From positions 291,453 through 355,452 of the forward strand of contig SCKX01000001.1 of assembly GCA_004100325.1 (NCBI GenBank): DNA of 64,000 nucleotides. The letters run 5' to 3'. Positions 38,974-48,424 of this stretch are shown here, one piece after another (position 1 is the stretch's first letter; each line of letters starts with the position of its first letter). The position numbers and the translations under genes are program-made. The notes below the pieces were generated by a model. It had not been told where the DNA came from and made no database searches. It worked only from the letters and a program-made list of their open reading frames with translations. Origin of the DNA: Candidatus Microsaccharimonas sossegonensis (GTDB lineage Bacteria; Patescibacteriota; Saccharimonadia; Saccharimonadales; Saccharimonadaceae).

Positions 38974-40185
38974 ATGAAAAAGTTTGCTTACGAAGCCCGA
39001 GACCGCGCTACCAACAAGCTCGTCAAAGCCTCACTTCAGGCGGAGTCTGAACATGCTGCCGCGCAGCTACTGGTAAAGCAGGGTTTTGTGCCTCTTTCCA
39101 TTAAAGAACAAATCGGTGACGGTTCGTTCCTTGCGCGAATTACTGGTCGTATTACGACGAAAGACCGCGTTGTTTTTACGCGTCAATTGGCAACCTTGAT
39201 TGGTGCCGGGCTGCCACTGAGTCAGAGTCTCCACACTGTCCTTGAGCAAACCAGCAACAAGCAGCTCCAATCCGTCATTCAGGAAATTGTCGCCGATGTT
39301 GAAGGCGGTAAATCGCTGTCACTGGCATTTGGCAAGCACCCAACTGTTTTTGACGGAGTGTTTATCTCGCTGGTATCAGCCGGTGAGCTTTCGGGGACGC
39401 TCGACGATTCATTACAGCGAGTTGCGGCGCAACAGGAAAAAGACGCCGCCACGATGAGTAAGATTAAGGGCGCCTTAACCTATCCGATTATCGTCTTGGT
39501 GGTTATTTTCGGTGTTCTGGCATTCATGTTGTTTACCGTCGTTCCCCAAGTAGAAAAGCTCTACACCGACCTTCGTAAAGAGCTACCCTTCCTGACAAAG
39601 ATCATGGTGGCGGCTGCCGATGGCTTGGCGCGTTATTGGTGGATCGTGCTTATTGCGGTTGGTATCGGTGTGTATTTCTTACTTCAGTTTCTAAAAACTG
39701 AGGCAGGGATCCGATTTAAAGACGAATTCAAACTTCGTATTCCGGTGTTTGGAAAAATGGTACGAAAACTGTACATGGCACGTTTTACTCGTACCGGACA
39801 AACCTTACTGGGCACCGGTGTCAGTATGCTCGATATGTTGAAGGTGAGTTCGACGGCCGTGAATAATACTGTCATTGCAAAAGCGATTGATCGTGCAGCT
39901 GATAAGGTGAAGGGCGGCAAAGCATTATCGGCGGCGCTTGAACCGGAGGAAATGATTATGACACTTGTTCCGCAAATGATTAAAATTGGTGAGCAATCCG
40001 GTCGTATCGATGAAATGCTGGGAAAAGTGGCGCAGGTATACGAGGACGAACTTGATGAACAGATCAAGACGATCTCAACAGCGATCGAACCAATCCTGAT
40101 GGTTGTGTTAGCCGTTGTTGCTGGTGGGATGGTCGGAGCCATTCTGCTGCCGATTTACGGACTGGTGAATGGCGTGAATGTTTAA
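38974..40185 (+). CDS. pilC: Type IV pilus platform protein PilC (GspF family)
   Basis: FTRQLATLIGAGLPL, GELSGTL, ALTYP, GEQSG, IEPIL. Confidence 0.95.
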   Translation: MKKFAYEARDRATNKLVKASLQAESEHAAAQLLVKQGFVPLSIKEQIGDGSFLARITGRITTKDRVVFTRQLATLIGAGLPLSQSLHTVLEQTSNKQLQSVIQEIVADVEGGKSLSLAFGKHPTVFDGVFISLVSAGELSGTLDDSLQRVAAQQEKDAATMSKIKGALTYPIIVLVVIFGVLAFMLFTVVPQVEKLYTDLRKELPFLTKIMVAAADGLARYWWIVLIAVGIGVYFLLQFLKTEAGIRFKDEFKLRIPVFGKMVRKLYMARFTRTGQTLLGTGVSMLDMLKVSSTAVNNTVIAKAIDRAADKVKGGKALSAALEPEEMIMTLVPQMIKIGEQSGRIDEMLGKVAQVYEDELDEQIKTISTAIEPILMVVLAVVAGGMVGAILLPIYGLVNGVNV

Positions 40186-40278
40186 AATAACTAGACAAAC
40201 GCACCATGGTCGGCTACTATTAAACACAAGCAGTTTAATGCATTAAATTAGTTCATTTGAAAGGTGGAAAAAATTCCT

Positions 40279-40800
40279 ATGAACGCTCTTAGAAAAAAAA
40301 CAAACGCCAACGCCAAAGCCAGCGGCTTTACAATCATCGAAGTTGTGTTAGTGCTTGCAATTGCAGGACTCATCTTCCTGATGGTATTCATCGCCTTGCC
40401 GGCACTGCAGAGTAGCCAACGCGACACGGCGCGTAAAAACGACGTCAGTGCCGTCGCATCAGCGATTACTTCCTACACCAGTAACAACCGTGGTTCGTTC
40501 CCAACCACAGTCGCTTTAACAGGCAGTGCAACTGGCGATCCTGATGCTTCTGGAAAATTTGCCGGCTATATCACCTCTGTATCAAACAACACCACAAACG
40601 TGAAAGTCGTTGCAGCCCAGACAAGCCAATCGGTGACTCAAGGTCAGATGATTGTCGTGCAGTCTTCTAAGTGTGGCACGACTGGCGCGGCATCAAACGG
40701 CAGCGCAACCGAGACACTGACGGCAGGAACATCTCGACAGTTCGCGGTCGTGACCTTCCTTGAAGCGGGCGGCGGAACGTCATATTGCCAAGATAGCTAG
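40279..40800 (+). CDS. pilA: Major type IV pilin
   Basis: Class III signal KASG|FTIIEVVLVLAIAG, QRDTARKND, C-terminal Cys pair. Confidence 0.85.
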   Translation: MNALRKKTNANAKASGFTIIEVVLVLAIAGLIFLMVFIALPALQSSQRDTARKNDVSAVASAITSYTSNNRGSFPTTVALTGSATGDPDASGKFAGYITSVSNNTTNVKVVAAQTSQSVTQGQMIVVQSSKCGTTGAASNGSATETLTAGTSRQFAVVTFLEAGGGTSYCQDS

Positions 40801-40809
40801 TCATTAAAC

Positions 40810-41685
40810 ATGGAATTTGTCATATATCTCACATTGGTCCTCTTTGGGCTGGTACTTGGAAGCTTTGCTGGAGCGTCCGTCTGGCGCCTGCGTGCTCGAC
40901 AACTGGTGGCTGATAAAAAGAACGGTGATCCTGTTGATCACGTAGAATACACCAAGCTAAAGCATATAGCACACGAGAAAGTATCGAATGATCATTCTCT
41001 TTGCCTTCACTGCGGATATAAGCTTCGCTGGTATGATTTGATCCCACTTGTCAGCTGGATAATGCTACGCGGACGCTGTCGACGGTGCCGCCAACCAATT
41101 GGTATCATGGAGCCGCTGATTGAACTAGGCATGGCGACTTTCTTTGTGCTCTCTTATGTACTATGGCCATTTGACCTCACTAGCGGCTTACAGATCGCTC
41201 AGTTCATTATGTGGCTGATTGCCGGCGTGGGCTTAGGAATTATGTTTGCCTATGATGCACGGTGGTTCCTGCTGCCGAACAAGATCAATATTGCCGTGAT
41301 TATATTGGGAATTACGAGTGTGCTTCTTATGATTATCGGGGCACCGGATCACGTTGGTGCGCTTTTCAATGTCCTTGGGTCTGTTGCAGTGCTGAGCGGT
41401 ATTTATTTTGTACTGTACTTGGTCTCAAAGGGGCGCTGGATCGGGTTTGGTGACATTAAGCTTGGGCTGGGGTTAGGGCTGTTACTTGGCGACTGGAAAC
41501 TGGCTGTCATTGGATTGTTTTTCGCAAACCTGATCGGCTGTTTAATCGTCATTCCATTGATGATTAAGGGCAAATTGAAACGAAACTCACATGTGCCATT
41601 TGGACCGCTGCTTATCGCTGGGGCGATTATTGCCAAACTGGTCGGGATGAGTATTGTTGAGTTCTATACGCTTAGCCTCATGTAG
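40810..41685 (+). CDS. pilD: Prepilin peptidase
   Basis: GSF, CxxC...LRWYDLIPLVSW...CxxC, D..WFLLPN, GFGDIKL, VPFGP. Confidence 0.94.
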   Translation: MEFVIYLTLVLFGLVLGSFAGASVWRLRARQLVADKKNGDPVDHVEYTKLKHIAHEKVSNDHSLCLHCGYKLRWYDLIPLVSWIMLRGRCRRCRQPIGIMEPLIELGMATFFVLSYVLWPFDLTSGLQIAQFIMWLIAGVGLGIMFAYDARWFLLPNKINIAVIILGITSVLLMIIGAPDHVGALFNVLGSVAVLSGIYFVLYLVSKGRWIGFGDIKLGLGLGLLLGDWKLAVIGLFFANLIGCLIVIPLMIKGKLKRNSHVPFGPLLIAGAIIAKLVGMSIVEFYTLSLM

Positions 41686-41744
41686 ACTTTCAAGGGCTTA
41701 TCAAAAGGGTTATGTGCATGCCGCTTATGCTATAATGGCGTCAC

Positions 41745-42566
41745 ATGGGCATTCACTTTTCAGCAAGCTTCCGCATGGACTCTCAGCGAGGGTTTACTAT
41801 CATCGAAACGATGCTAGTGCTGGCAGTCACAGGGCTACTTATTGTGACGTTACTCGTCGGAGTTGGTGCATCTATTAACAACCAGCGCTATAAGGATTCG
41901 GTGGTCTCTTTGAAATCACTGCTGCAAAGTCAATACGCGATGGCCAACGACGTCACGAACACTCGTAACGCCAACTGGACGTGTAATTCATCTGCTCAAC
42001 CGGTGGCGGTTTCGAATGGGACTGCACCAGGTCAATCGGATTGCGTTTTTATTGGACGATATCTGAGTATCGTCGACGGTGCTATTGCATCGGCAACCAT
42101 CATTGGCTACGAGAACTCGACGGCCGCCGCACCAAACGACATTGCAGAGATTAACAATAACTACACGCTTGGTATCTCAACCGATAGCATTAATACATCG
42201 ACGATGGAATGGGGATCGGCGATTGCCTGGCCGACAAGTGGGACAGAGGCAAAAAGCCCAACCAAGCCGCGATCAATCGCTATTCTTGTCCTTCGCTCAC
42301 CCAGTAGCGGCACTTCATATACGTTCACTAGTGACACAGTCTACGACATCAACACAATTACTTCGGCCAGCTTAAAGGCGATGCTGGTAGTGAGTACCAA
42401 CGCTGTACCTGGGCAAATGCAACGAACGCTTTGCGTGGATGCAAATGGTGCGACTGTTCCCGAAAAAATTGCCGTGTATATTGGGCAAGCTGCCTCAGAC
42501 GCAAGCGCCATTGAAACGCGGACGAATGCGACCACTCAATCACTAGGAGGTGATACGAAATGCTAA
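41745..42566 (+). CDS. Minor pilin (FimT/GspH-like)
   Basis: QRG|FTIIETMLVLAV N-methyl-Phe cleavage site; has its own TG-C-TATAAT 8 nt upstream. Confidence 0.8.
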   Translation: MGIHFSASFRMDSQRGFTIIETMLVLAVTGLLIVTLLVGVGASINNQRYKDSVVSLKSLLQSQYAMANDVTNTRNANWTCNSSAQPVAVSNGTAPGQSDCVFIGRYLSIVDGAIASATIIGYENSTAAAPNDIAEINNNYTLGISTDSINTSTMEWGSAIAWPTSGTEAKSPTKPRSIAILVLRSPSSGTSYTFTSDTVYDINTITSASLKAMLVVSTNAVPGQMQRTLCVDANGATVPEKIAVYIGQAASDASAIETRTNATTQSLGGDTKC

Positions 42567-43198
42567 GGCGACGGCGCTTTGCTGAGCGAGATAGGGGAGA
42601 CACGCTGATTGAAGTGCTTTTTGCCTTTGCGGTGCTGAGTTTGGTCATTATCGGTGCGCTGACCATCATGAACCAAGGGGCAATTGCCTCTCAGCGTTCA
42701 CTTGAGATATCTTTGGTGCGCAATGAAGTCGATGCTCAGGCAACGGCAATTCGCTTTCTTCACGATGCGTACGTTGCGCAGTTCAAGCCAAACACAACCT
42801 ACGATCCTACGACACCAGCTGGGCAGTGGGCAAAAATGTCGCAGGCTATTGGGACCATTACCTCAGCGTCATCGTTTGGTGCAGTTGCCTCTTGTCCGAT
42901 ACCACCTCAAGGAAGTTTTATAATTGATCCCACCAACGCGACATATATCGCTGGTTCATCAACCGTATTAGTACCCGCAACAACCACTGCAAAGGTCATG
43001 TATGATACGAATACTGGGTTGCTAAAGCAAGCGCAAGGTATATGGATTGAAGCCGTCCGTTCACCTATCGCGACCGATGTGAACAAAAAGAACACTCGCT
43101 ATATCGACTTTCATATTTACGCCTGTTGGGATAGTCCGGGCTCTGGTCCGCCGATGACGATTGGCACAATTGTGAGGTTATATGAACCACAAAGCTAA
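42560..43198 (+). CDS. Minor pilin (PilV-like)
   Basis: RG|DTLIEVLFAFAV pilin-like N-terminus. Confidence 0.75.
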   Translation: MLRRRRFAERDRGDTLIEVLFAFAVLSLVIIGALTIMNQGAIASQRSLEISLVRNEVDAQATAIRFLHDAYVAQFKPNTTYDPTTPAGQWAKMSQAIGTITSASSFGAVASCPIPPQGSFIIDPTNATYIAGSSTVLVPATTTAKVMYDTNTGLLKQAQGIWIEAVRSPIATDVNKKNTRYIDFHIYACWDSPGSGPPMTIGTIVRLYEPQS

Positions 43199-43919
43199 CG
43201 TGAATAAAAAAGGCTTTACGCTCATCGAGCTGATGCTGGCGATGACATTTATTTCAATGTTGCTCCTCACCATTGCGCTGACGATCATGCAGATTGCAAC
43301 TATTTATAACAAGGGCATGATTACCAAAGAAGTAAACCAGTCTTCTCGAACAATCTCTGATGAATTAAGTCTGGCAATGCGTTCAAGCGGCACTTTTTCG
43401 CTTTCAACGAAGTATATCCAAAATACCTGGGGCGGACGGCTGTGCATGGGGCAATATAGCTACATCTGGAACTACGGGAAAGCGCTTGCTGCCCCAGACC
43501 CAAGTCGAAATCAGTACTCCGCAGCAGCACCATCTGGCAACACGGTCATTAGTGGGGGAGTGACGCGGTACGAAATAAGTTTGGTAAAAGTGCCCGATGC
43601 CGGCGGATCCTACTGCGTTGCAAACGGTAGTGGTGTATATCCAAAAATTGATCCGACAAATGCGGTTGAATTACTACGAACTGGTGATCATGGACTCGTG
43701 CTCCATAATTTAACAGTCACCTCTGTTCCTTCGGCCTCAGACGCGCTCTCGTCGCAGCAACTGTATACGGTGTCGTATACCATTGGCACAAACGATCTCA
43801 ACGCGCTCAATAGTGATCAAACGTTATGCAAAGGTCCCGGCGTGCCGGGCTCAGACCTCAACTACTGCGTCGTAAACCAGTTCACTATTGTCCTAAGGGT
43901 AGTAAATGGGGTTAACTAG
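43182..43919 (+). CDS. Minor pilin (PilW-like)
   Basis: KKG|FTLIELMLAM. Confidence 0.8.
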   Translation: MNHKANVNKKGFTLIELMLAMTFISMLLLTIALTIMQIATIYNKGMITKEVNQSSRTISDELSLAMRSSGTFSLSTKYIQNTWGGRLCMGQYSYIWNYGKALAAPDPSRNQYSAAAPSGNTVISGGVTRYEISLVKVPDAGGSYCVANGSGVYPKIDPTNAVELLRTGDHGLVLHNLTVTSVPSASDALSSQQLYTVSYTIGTNDLNALNSDQTLCKGPGVPGSDLNYCVVNQFTIVLRVVNGVN

Positions 43920-45126
43920 AATGGTTATGGTAAATCATAGGCGACGTGAGTCAGGTGCGGTATCGTTGTTTTTAGTGATCTTTGCCATGCTATTGATTAC
44001 TGTTGTGACGCTTAGCTTCCTGCGTACAATGATTGCTGATCAACAACAATCATCGGTCAGTGATCTGTCAAAGAGTGCCTATGACTCGGCGCTGGCAGGA
44101 ACGGAAGATGCCAAGCGAGCGCTTATCTATTACCGAACCGTTTGTGCGACAGGCGATGCGAGCGCTTGTGCACTTGCAAAGCAAGCGATTGATTCAAACA
44201 CATGTAACGCAGGGCTATCGAGCGTCGTCAATACAAGTGATCCTACGAAAGTGGTTGTCGCACAAGCGCAGTCAGGAGGTGACGCGACATTTAATCAGTC
44301 GTATACCTGCGTAAAAATGAAGCTTGCAACTAGTGATTATGTCGGTACACTTGCAGCAAACACCTCAAAGATTATTCCGCTGAAAACAACGGGTACGTTT
44401 AGCCAAGTTCTTCTACAGTGGTTCCGGACAGAAGACTTTGGAACGACGGGGACAAACGTCAATCTTGAAGCGACACCTCCACAGGTTGATGGTGGTGGCA
44501 CAAATCAAAATATTTGGCCGCTGTTGGCACAATCGAGTTGGCCGGCAACTCGTCCTCCAGTGATGCGCACGCAAATGTTCCAGTACGGGTCTAGTTTTAC
44601 ATTGAATAGTTTTGATAGTAATACTAGTGGTGTCAGCAACGCCAATACGCTGTTTTTGTATCCTACTGGTGTGACCGGTACGGCAAACGCAACTCAAGAT
44701 AGCTGGTCGTTTACCGATCGGGACGTCCGCTTGACACCAACCGGCACTCCTCTTGGAACGACTTGTTCTGGCAAATTAAGCGGTGGTGGCTACGCGTGTA
44801 GTGCTATTTTAAACTTTCCAGTGCCGATTGGTAATGCACCCGGTGACACTACGCGGACTGCCTACTTGCGTTTAACGGCACTGTACAAAACGACACGTTT
44901 TAGTGTCAGCCCGATAGGAACGCAGTTTGATGGCGTACAGCCGAGCATCGATTCAACCGGACGTGCCGGTGATCAATATCGCCGTGTAGAGAGTCGGGTT
45001 GATCTTATCAATGTGAACTTCCCGTTTCCTGAAGCTGCGTTAGACGTTTCGGGTAACCTTTGCAAGAATTTCCTTGTAACTGATAGCTCGAATACAATTC
45101 CTGCCAATCAAACAACGTGTACATAG
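43906..45126 (+). CDS. Minor pilin (PilX-like)
   Basis: ESG|AVSLFLVIF lacking Glu5, AYDSALAGTEDAKRA, large Cys-containing C-terminal domain. Confidence 0.75.
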   Translation: MGLTRMVMVNHRRRESGAVSLFLVIFAMLLITVVTLSFLRTMIADQQQSSVSDLSKSAYDSALAGTEDAKRALIYYRTVCATGDASACALAKQAIDSNTCNAGLSSVVNTSDPTKVVVAQAQSGGDATFNQSYTCVKMKLATSDYVGTLAANTSKIIPLKTTGTFSQVLLQWFRTEDFGTTGTNVNLEATPPQVDGGGTNQNIWPLLAQSSWPATRPPVMRTQMFQYGSSFTLNSFDSNTSGVSNANTLFLYPTGVTGTANATQDSWSFTDRDVRLTPTGTPLGTTCSGKLSGGGYACSAILNFPVPIGNAPGDTTRTAYLRLTALYKTTRFSVSPIGTQFDGVQPSIDSTGRAGDQYRRVESRVDLINVNFPFPEAALDVSGNLCKNFLVTDSSNTIPANQTTCT

Positions 45127-45129
45127 TAG

Positions 45130-46044
45130 TTAGCTCGATTCGCTGTGGAACTTTTCGTAGACTTCGCGTAAATGTTCGTCGGTGACGTGGGTATACACCT
45201 GCGTTGTGCTGATATTACTATGTCCCAGCATGCTTTGGACGCTGCGGATATCGGCACCGTTCATTAAAAGATCCGTCGCAAAACTGTGACGCATCGTGTG
45301 CGGACTGACGTGTTTGGTAATGCCAGCCAGGCGGGCATACTTTGATACCATGCGTTGGATGCTGCGAGCGGTCAGGCGACGGAAATTACCAGAGGTAGAT
45401 GGTTCGACATTTTTGCTGTAACTAATAAAAAGCGGAGCCAGCGTATCGTCGCGCACATCGAGGTAATGGTCTACCCAGCCGGCTGCTGCTTCGCTAATAA
45501 AGACCGGACGGTCCTTTTGTCCCTTACCGCGGACCATAAATTCACGGCGCTTGGTATTGACGTGGTCGCGGTTCAAATTGATCAGTTCAGACACACGAAG
45601 TCCACTCGAGAAAAGTAACTCCACGATTGCACGGTCGCGCAGCCCCGCTTCAGACGTGATATCAATACCAGCAATAAGTCGCTCGACTTCATCGTAGTGG
45701 AGAAACGTTACTTGTTTGCGGTTCACTTTTGGCAGCACGATCTTATTTGGCGCTAATGACTCGATATCTCGCTGTGAAAGGTAGCCTAAAAAGCCGCGTA
45801 GGGCGATCAGGTGATAGGACTGCGTAATAGTTGCTAGGGTGTCATCGTCATTATTTTTGTAGCGGTTAAGCCATAATCGGTATTTGCGAATCATTTCAGA
45901 CGTAATGTCGCCCACCGTAGTATCGTCTGTAAACTCGACGAATCGCTCTAGGTAGAGGCGGTAGTTTTCAGCCGTTTTTGCCGAACGACCACCTTCGACC
46001 TCTAGGTGTTCGATGTAGTCGAGGATCAGTTCGGACATATACAT
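45130..46044 (-). CDS. Tyrosine recombinase, XerC/XerD family
   Basis: RDRAIVELLFSSGLRVSEL, VRGKGQKDR, HTMRHSFAT, LGHSNISTTQVYTHV (R-K-H-R-H-Y catalytic set intact). Confidence 0.93.
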   Translation of the reverse strand: MYMSELILDYIEHLEVEGGRSAKTAENYRLYLERFVEFTDDTTVGDITSEMIRKYRLWLNRYKNNDDDTLATITQSYHLIALRGFLGYLSQRDIESLAPNKIVLPKVNRKQVTFLHYDEVERLIAGIDITSEAGLRDRAIVELLFSSGLRVSELINLNRDHVNTKRREFMVRGKGQKDRPVFISEAAAGWVDHYLDVRDDTLAPLFISYSKNVEPSTSGNFRRLTARSIQRMVSKYARLAGITKHVSPHTMRHSFATDLLMNGADIRSVQSMLGHSNISTTQVYTHVTDEHLREVYEKFHSESS

Positions 46045-46090
46045 GTAATAAGCATAGCCTAAAAGGACGCTAGACGATACAATAGATGAT

Positions 46091-46891
46091 ATGTTTACAT
46101 TTCTTCAATCCATTATCTTAGGACTGGTCCAAGGTCTTACCGAGTTCATTCCCGTCAGTAGTTCGGGTCATTTAGTATTGACGCAGGTGCTTATGGCGGG
46201 TGCGTCAGATCATTACTTCATTGCGTTTCTTGATCTAGGCACGACGCTCGTGTTAATTATTTATTTTCGTAAGAAAATTTATGAGATTTTGCATAATATA
46301 TTTATTGATCGCAACATCCGCTTGGCGCGAAATATCCTTTTGACTGCTATTCCGGCGGGAATTGTTGGCTACTTATTATCCGATTTTATTAATACATCAT
46401 GGTTCTTTGGTTCTGTGGTCGTTGTCGCCATCGGGCTGATTGTTGTTGGGACGATCATGATTATTCTCGAAAGATTACCGAAAGCGTCTCACGTCAAGAA
46501 CGGCGAAGCACTACCCGCAAAACGTGCGCTGGTTGTCGGTATCGTGCAGGTGCTGGCTTTAATTCCGGGTGTATCACGCTCTGGATCAACCATTATTGCA
46601 GGTCGCCTGGCCGGGCTGAGTGCGAAAGAAGCTGCCGAATATAGTTTTCTCGCGGCACTACCAATTATGCTCGGTGTGGCTTTGAAACTTTTTGCTGGTA
46701 GCACAGAGCGGGCTTACCTGATGACCAATCTTTCAACGGTGGTGGTGAGTAACATCTTTGCCTTTATTGCCGGCATGATCGCTGTCACATTCATGCTAAA
46801 TTACCTCAAACGGCACAGTCTGGCTGTCTTTGGCTGGTACCGCGTTGCACTGGGAGTCATCGTTTTGACTACTTTTCTTCTGGTACAATAA
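46091..46891 (+). CDS. uppP: Undecaprenyl-diphosphate phosphatase
   Basis: QGLTEFIPVSSSGHL, PGVSRSGSTI, AAEYSFL. Confidence 0.95.
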   Translation: MFTFLQSIILGLVQGLTEFIPVSSSGHLVLTQVLMAGASDHYFIAFLDLGTTLVLIIYFRKKIYEILHNIFIDRNIRLARNILLTAIPAGIVGYLLSDFINTSWFFGSVVVVAIGLIVVGTIMIILERLPKASHVKNGEALPAKRALVVGIVQVLALIPGVSRSGSTIIAGRLAGLSAKEAAEYSFLAALPIMLGVALKLFAGSTERAYLMTNLSTVVVSNIFAFIAGMIAVTFMLNYLKRHSLAVFGWYRVALGVIVLTTFLLVQ

Positions 46892-46934
46892 AAATAGTTA
46901 GTAATATTCATAGCTCGACAGGCAGGGGACACTT

Positions 46935-47447
46935 ATGAAAAAAAATAATCTTATTGAACGCACACTCATTCTTTTTAAGCCTGACGCCGTGCAGCGTGGC
47001 GTTGTTGGTGAAATTCTGACCCGTTTTGAACGTGTCGGGTTAAAGATTATCGGTACGAAAATGATCGCACCCGACCGCGACCATTACTACAAGCACTACG
47101 AAGAAATCGGGCAAGTGATTACGCGCCGCGGTCAAAAAGTCTTTGATAATAATCTTGATATTATGAACGCTGGTCCGGTTATCGCAATGGTATTCGAAGG
47201 CATCGAAGCTGTCGAACTTGTACGTAAGCTTGTTGGTTCAACTGAACCAAAGTCATCAGCACCAGGGACAATCCGCGGTGATTTCTCACATATGAGCTAT
47301 GGCTACGGTGACGCCGAAGATAAGGCAATTCCAAACCTTATCCATGCATCAGGTGACCTTGCGGATGCCAAGCAAGAGATCCCGCACTGGTTCTCGGACG
47401 ATGAACTTTTTGATTACTCGGTTTTGAACGAAAAGTTCACGAGATAG
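46935..47447 (+). CDS. ndk: Nucleoside diphosphate kinase
   Basis: ERTLILFKPDAVQR, PGTIRGDF, NLIHASG. Confidence 0.95.
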   Translation: MKKNNLIERTLILFKPDAVQRGVVGEILTRFERVGLKIIGTKMIAPDRDHYYKHYEEIGQVITRRGQKVFDNNLDIMNAGPVIAMVFEGIEAVELVRKLVGSTEPKSSAPGTIRGDFSHMSYGYGDAEDKAIPNLIHASGDLADAKQEIPHWFSDDELFDYSVLNEKFTR

Positions 47448-47457
47448 AGTAACGTTC

Positions 47458-47563
47458 CGGATCGCAAAGCCAGTTCAGGAACTGCCTCGCGCCGGGCCCC
47501 TCTCTGTTTCAGTACCGGGATTGACTCGGGCTGCGGATGTTCCTGAACTGGCTTTGCGAGCCG
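47458..47563. repeat. Hairpin element with perfect 21-bp outer arms (hairpin family, copy 2)
   Basis: 47462-47482 is the reverse complement of 47539-47559; core 47500-47541 matches the reverse complement of 23272-23313 at 39/42 nt. Confidence 0.88.
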
Positions 47564-47593
47564 TCCCGTGGTCCTGTCTGTTAAAATAGGTAA

Positions 47594-47614
47594 GTGCCCC
47601 GGTAGCTCAACTGG
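47594..47614 (+). repeat. 21-nt duplicate of the 5' end of tRNA-Arg
   Basis: GTGCCCCGGTAGCTCAACTGG at 47594-47614 and 47674-47694. Confidence 0.9.
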
Positions 47615-47675
47615 CCCAGCGAAGCGATATAGAAATCGTGACGCTATCCAGTTGAATTATTGTCGCGTACAATGT

Positions 47676-47752
47676 GCCCCGGTAGCTCAACTGGATAGAG
47701 TAGATCCGTCCTAAGGATAAGGTTGTAGGTTCGACTCCTGCCCGGGGTACCA
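47676..47752 (+). tRNA. tRNA-Arg(CCT)
   Basis: Cloverleaf: acceptor GCCCCGG/CCGGGGT, anticodon loop GTCCTAA, T-loop TTCGACT, encoded CCA. Confidence 0.9.
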
Positions 47753-47766
47753 TACATTTATGCTTC

Positions 47767-47791
47767 AAGACTTCATGTATGAAGTCTTTTT
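47767..47791 (+). terminator. Intrinsic terminator after tRNA-Arg
   Basis: AAGACTTCAT-gt-ATGAAGTCTT plus T tract. Confidence 0.7.
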
Positions 47792-47858
47792 GTTTGTGCT
47801 TGCGATCTTTCTGTCAATAAAGTTAAAATGAAAGCCAGTTTTAACTAGGGAGTATATT

Positions 47859-48176
47859 ATGGACAGAAAAGATAAAAGCGTCACTGTTCATCAAGAATGG
47901 GAAGCTAACTATAACGCCACTGGACGAGCTACTATTGATCAAAGTACTACTGAATTGTCTGGTACAAAGCGTGAAGCAGATCTTATTGTTGCCGGTCTGA
48001 GAGTGCTGAAGGCACAGAAAGAAATGGCACGAGTAGCTGAAAGTCTAGTTCGCCCAAATAGTTTTGGTGATAGGCGTCCTAGCTTACTATCCAGTGACGA
48101 AGTAACAAAGCTCATCGAATCAATCGAAACCCCAAACTATGTTGCTGAGCCTGTAGTTCGCCAAGAATATATATAA
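47859..48176 (+). CDS. Hypothetical protein (orphan-like)
   Basis: 105-aa ORF with SD AGGGAG and a plausible promoter; no recognisable motif. Confidence 0.5.
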   Translation: MDRKDKSVTVHQEWEANYNATGRATIDQSTTELSGTKREADLIVAGLRVLKAQKEMARVAESLVRPNSFGDRRPSLLSSDEVTKLIESIETPNYVAEPVVRQEYI

Positions 48177-48292
48177 TTTTAGTAAGCCCAACTTTATAAT
48201 TGTTGCAAGAGTGTGGCTGATAAATCAACTCAAATGGACAGAGTTGCAACTTTTTTCACTGCTTTCTAATAAAAAAGAGACATAAGATAACT

Positions 48293-48322
48293 CACGTTTA
48301 GGAGTTACACGTTTAGGAGTTA
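48293..48322. repeat. 15-bp tandem duplication in a terminator-like region
   Basis: CACGTTTAGGAGTTA twice, followed by a T tract. Confidence 0.8.
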
Positions 48323-48424
48323 TTTTTTAGCTGGTCCTTGCAGACTTGGGGGATTGGTTGAGCGTTGCAGGGTTTACTATCAGGAGATTCGTCTCCGTCG
48401 CCAATTCCTCCGATTTGCTGTATT

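Noticed and set aside
45130-46044. Prophage or ICE integrase
   Set aside because: It is about 300 aa with XerC/D-like motifs and no arm-binding domain. There are no flanking att duplications, phage genes or conjugation genes, and it is flanked by core genes.
47596-47673. Intron-containing or split second tRNA
   Set aside because: Only the first 19 tRNA nucleotides are duplicated. No separate anticodon or T-arm half follows, and the downstream tRNA is already complete.
48293-48322. Possible CRISPR array
   Set aside because: Only two adjacent 15-bp units with no spacer, and no cas genes in the window.
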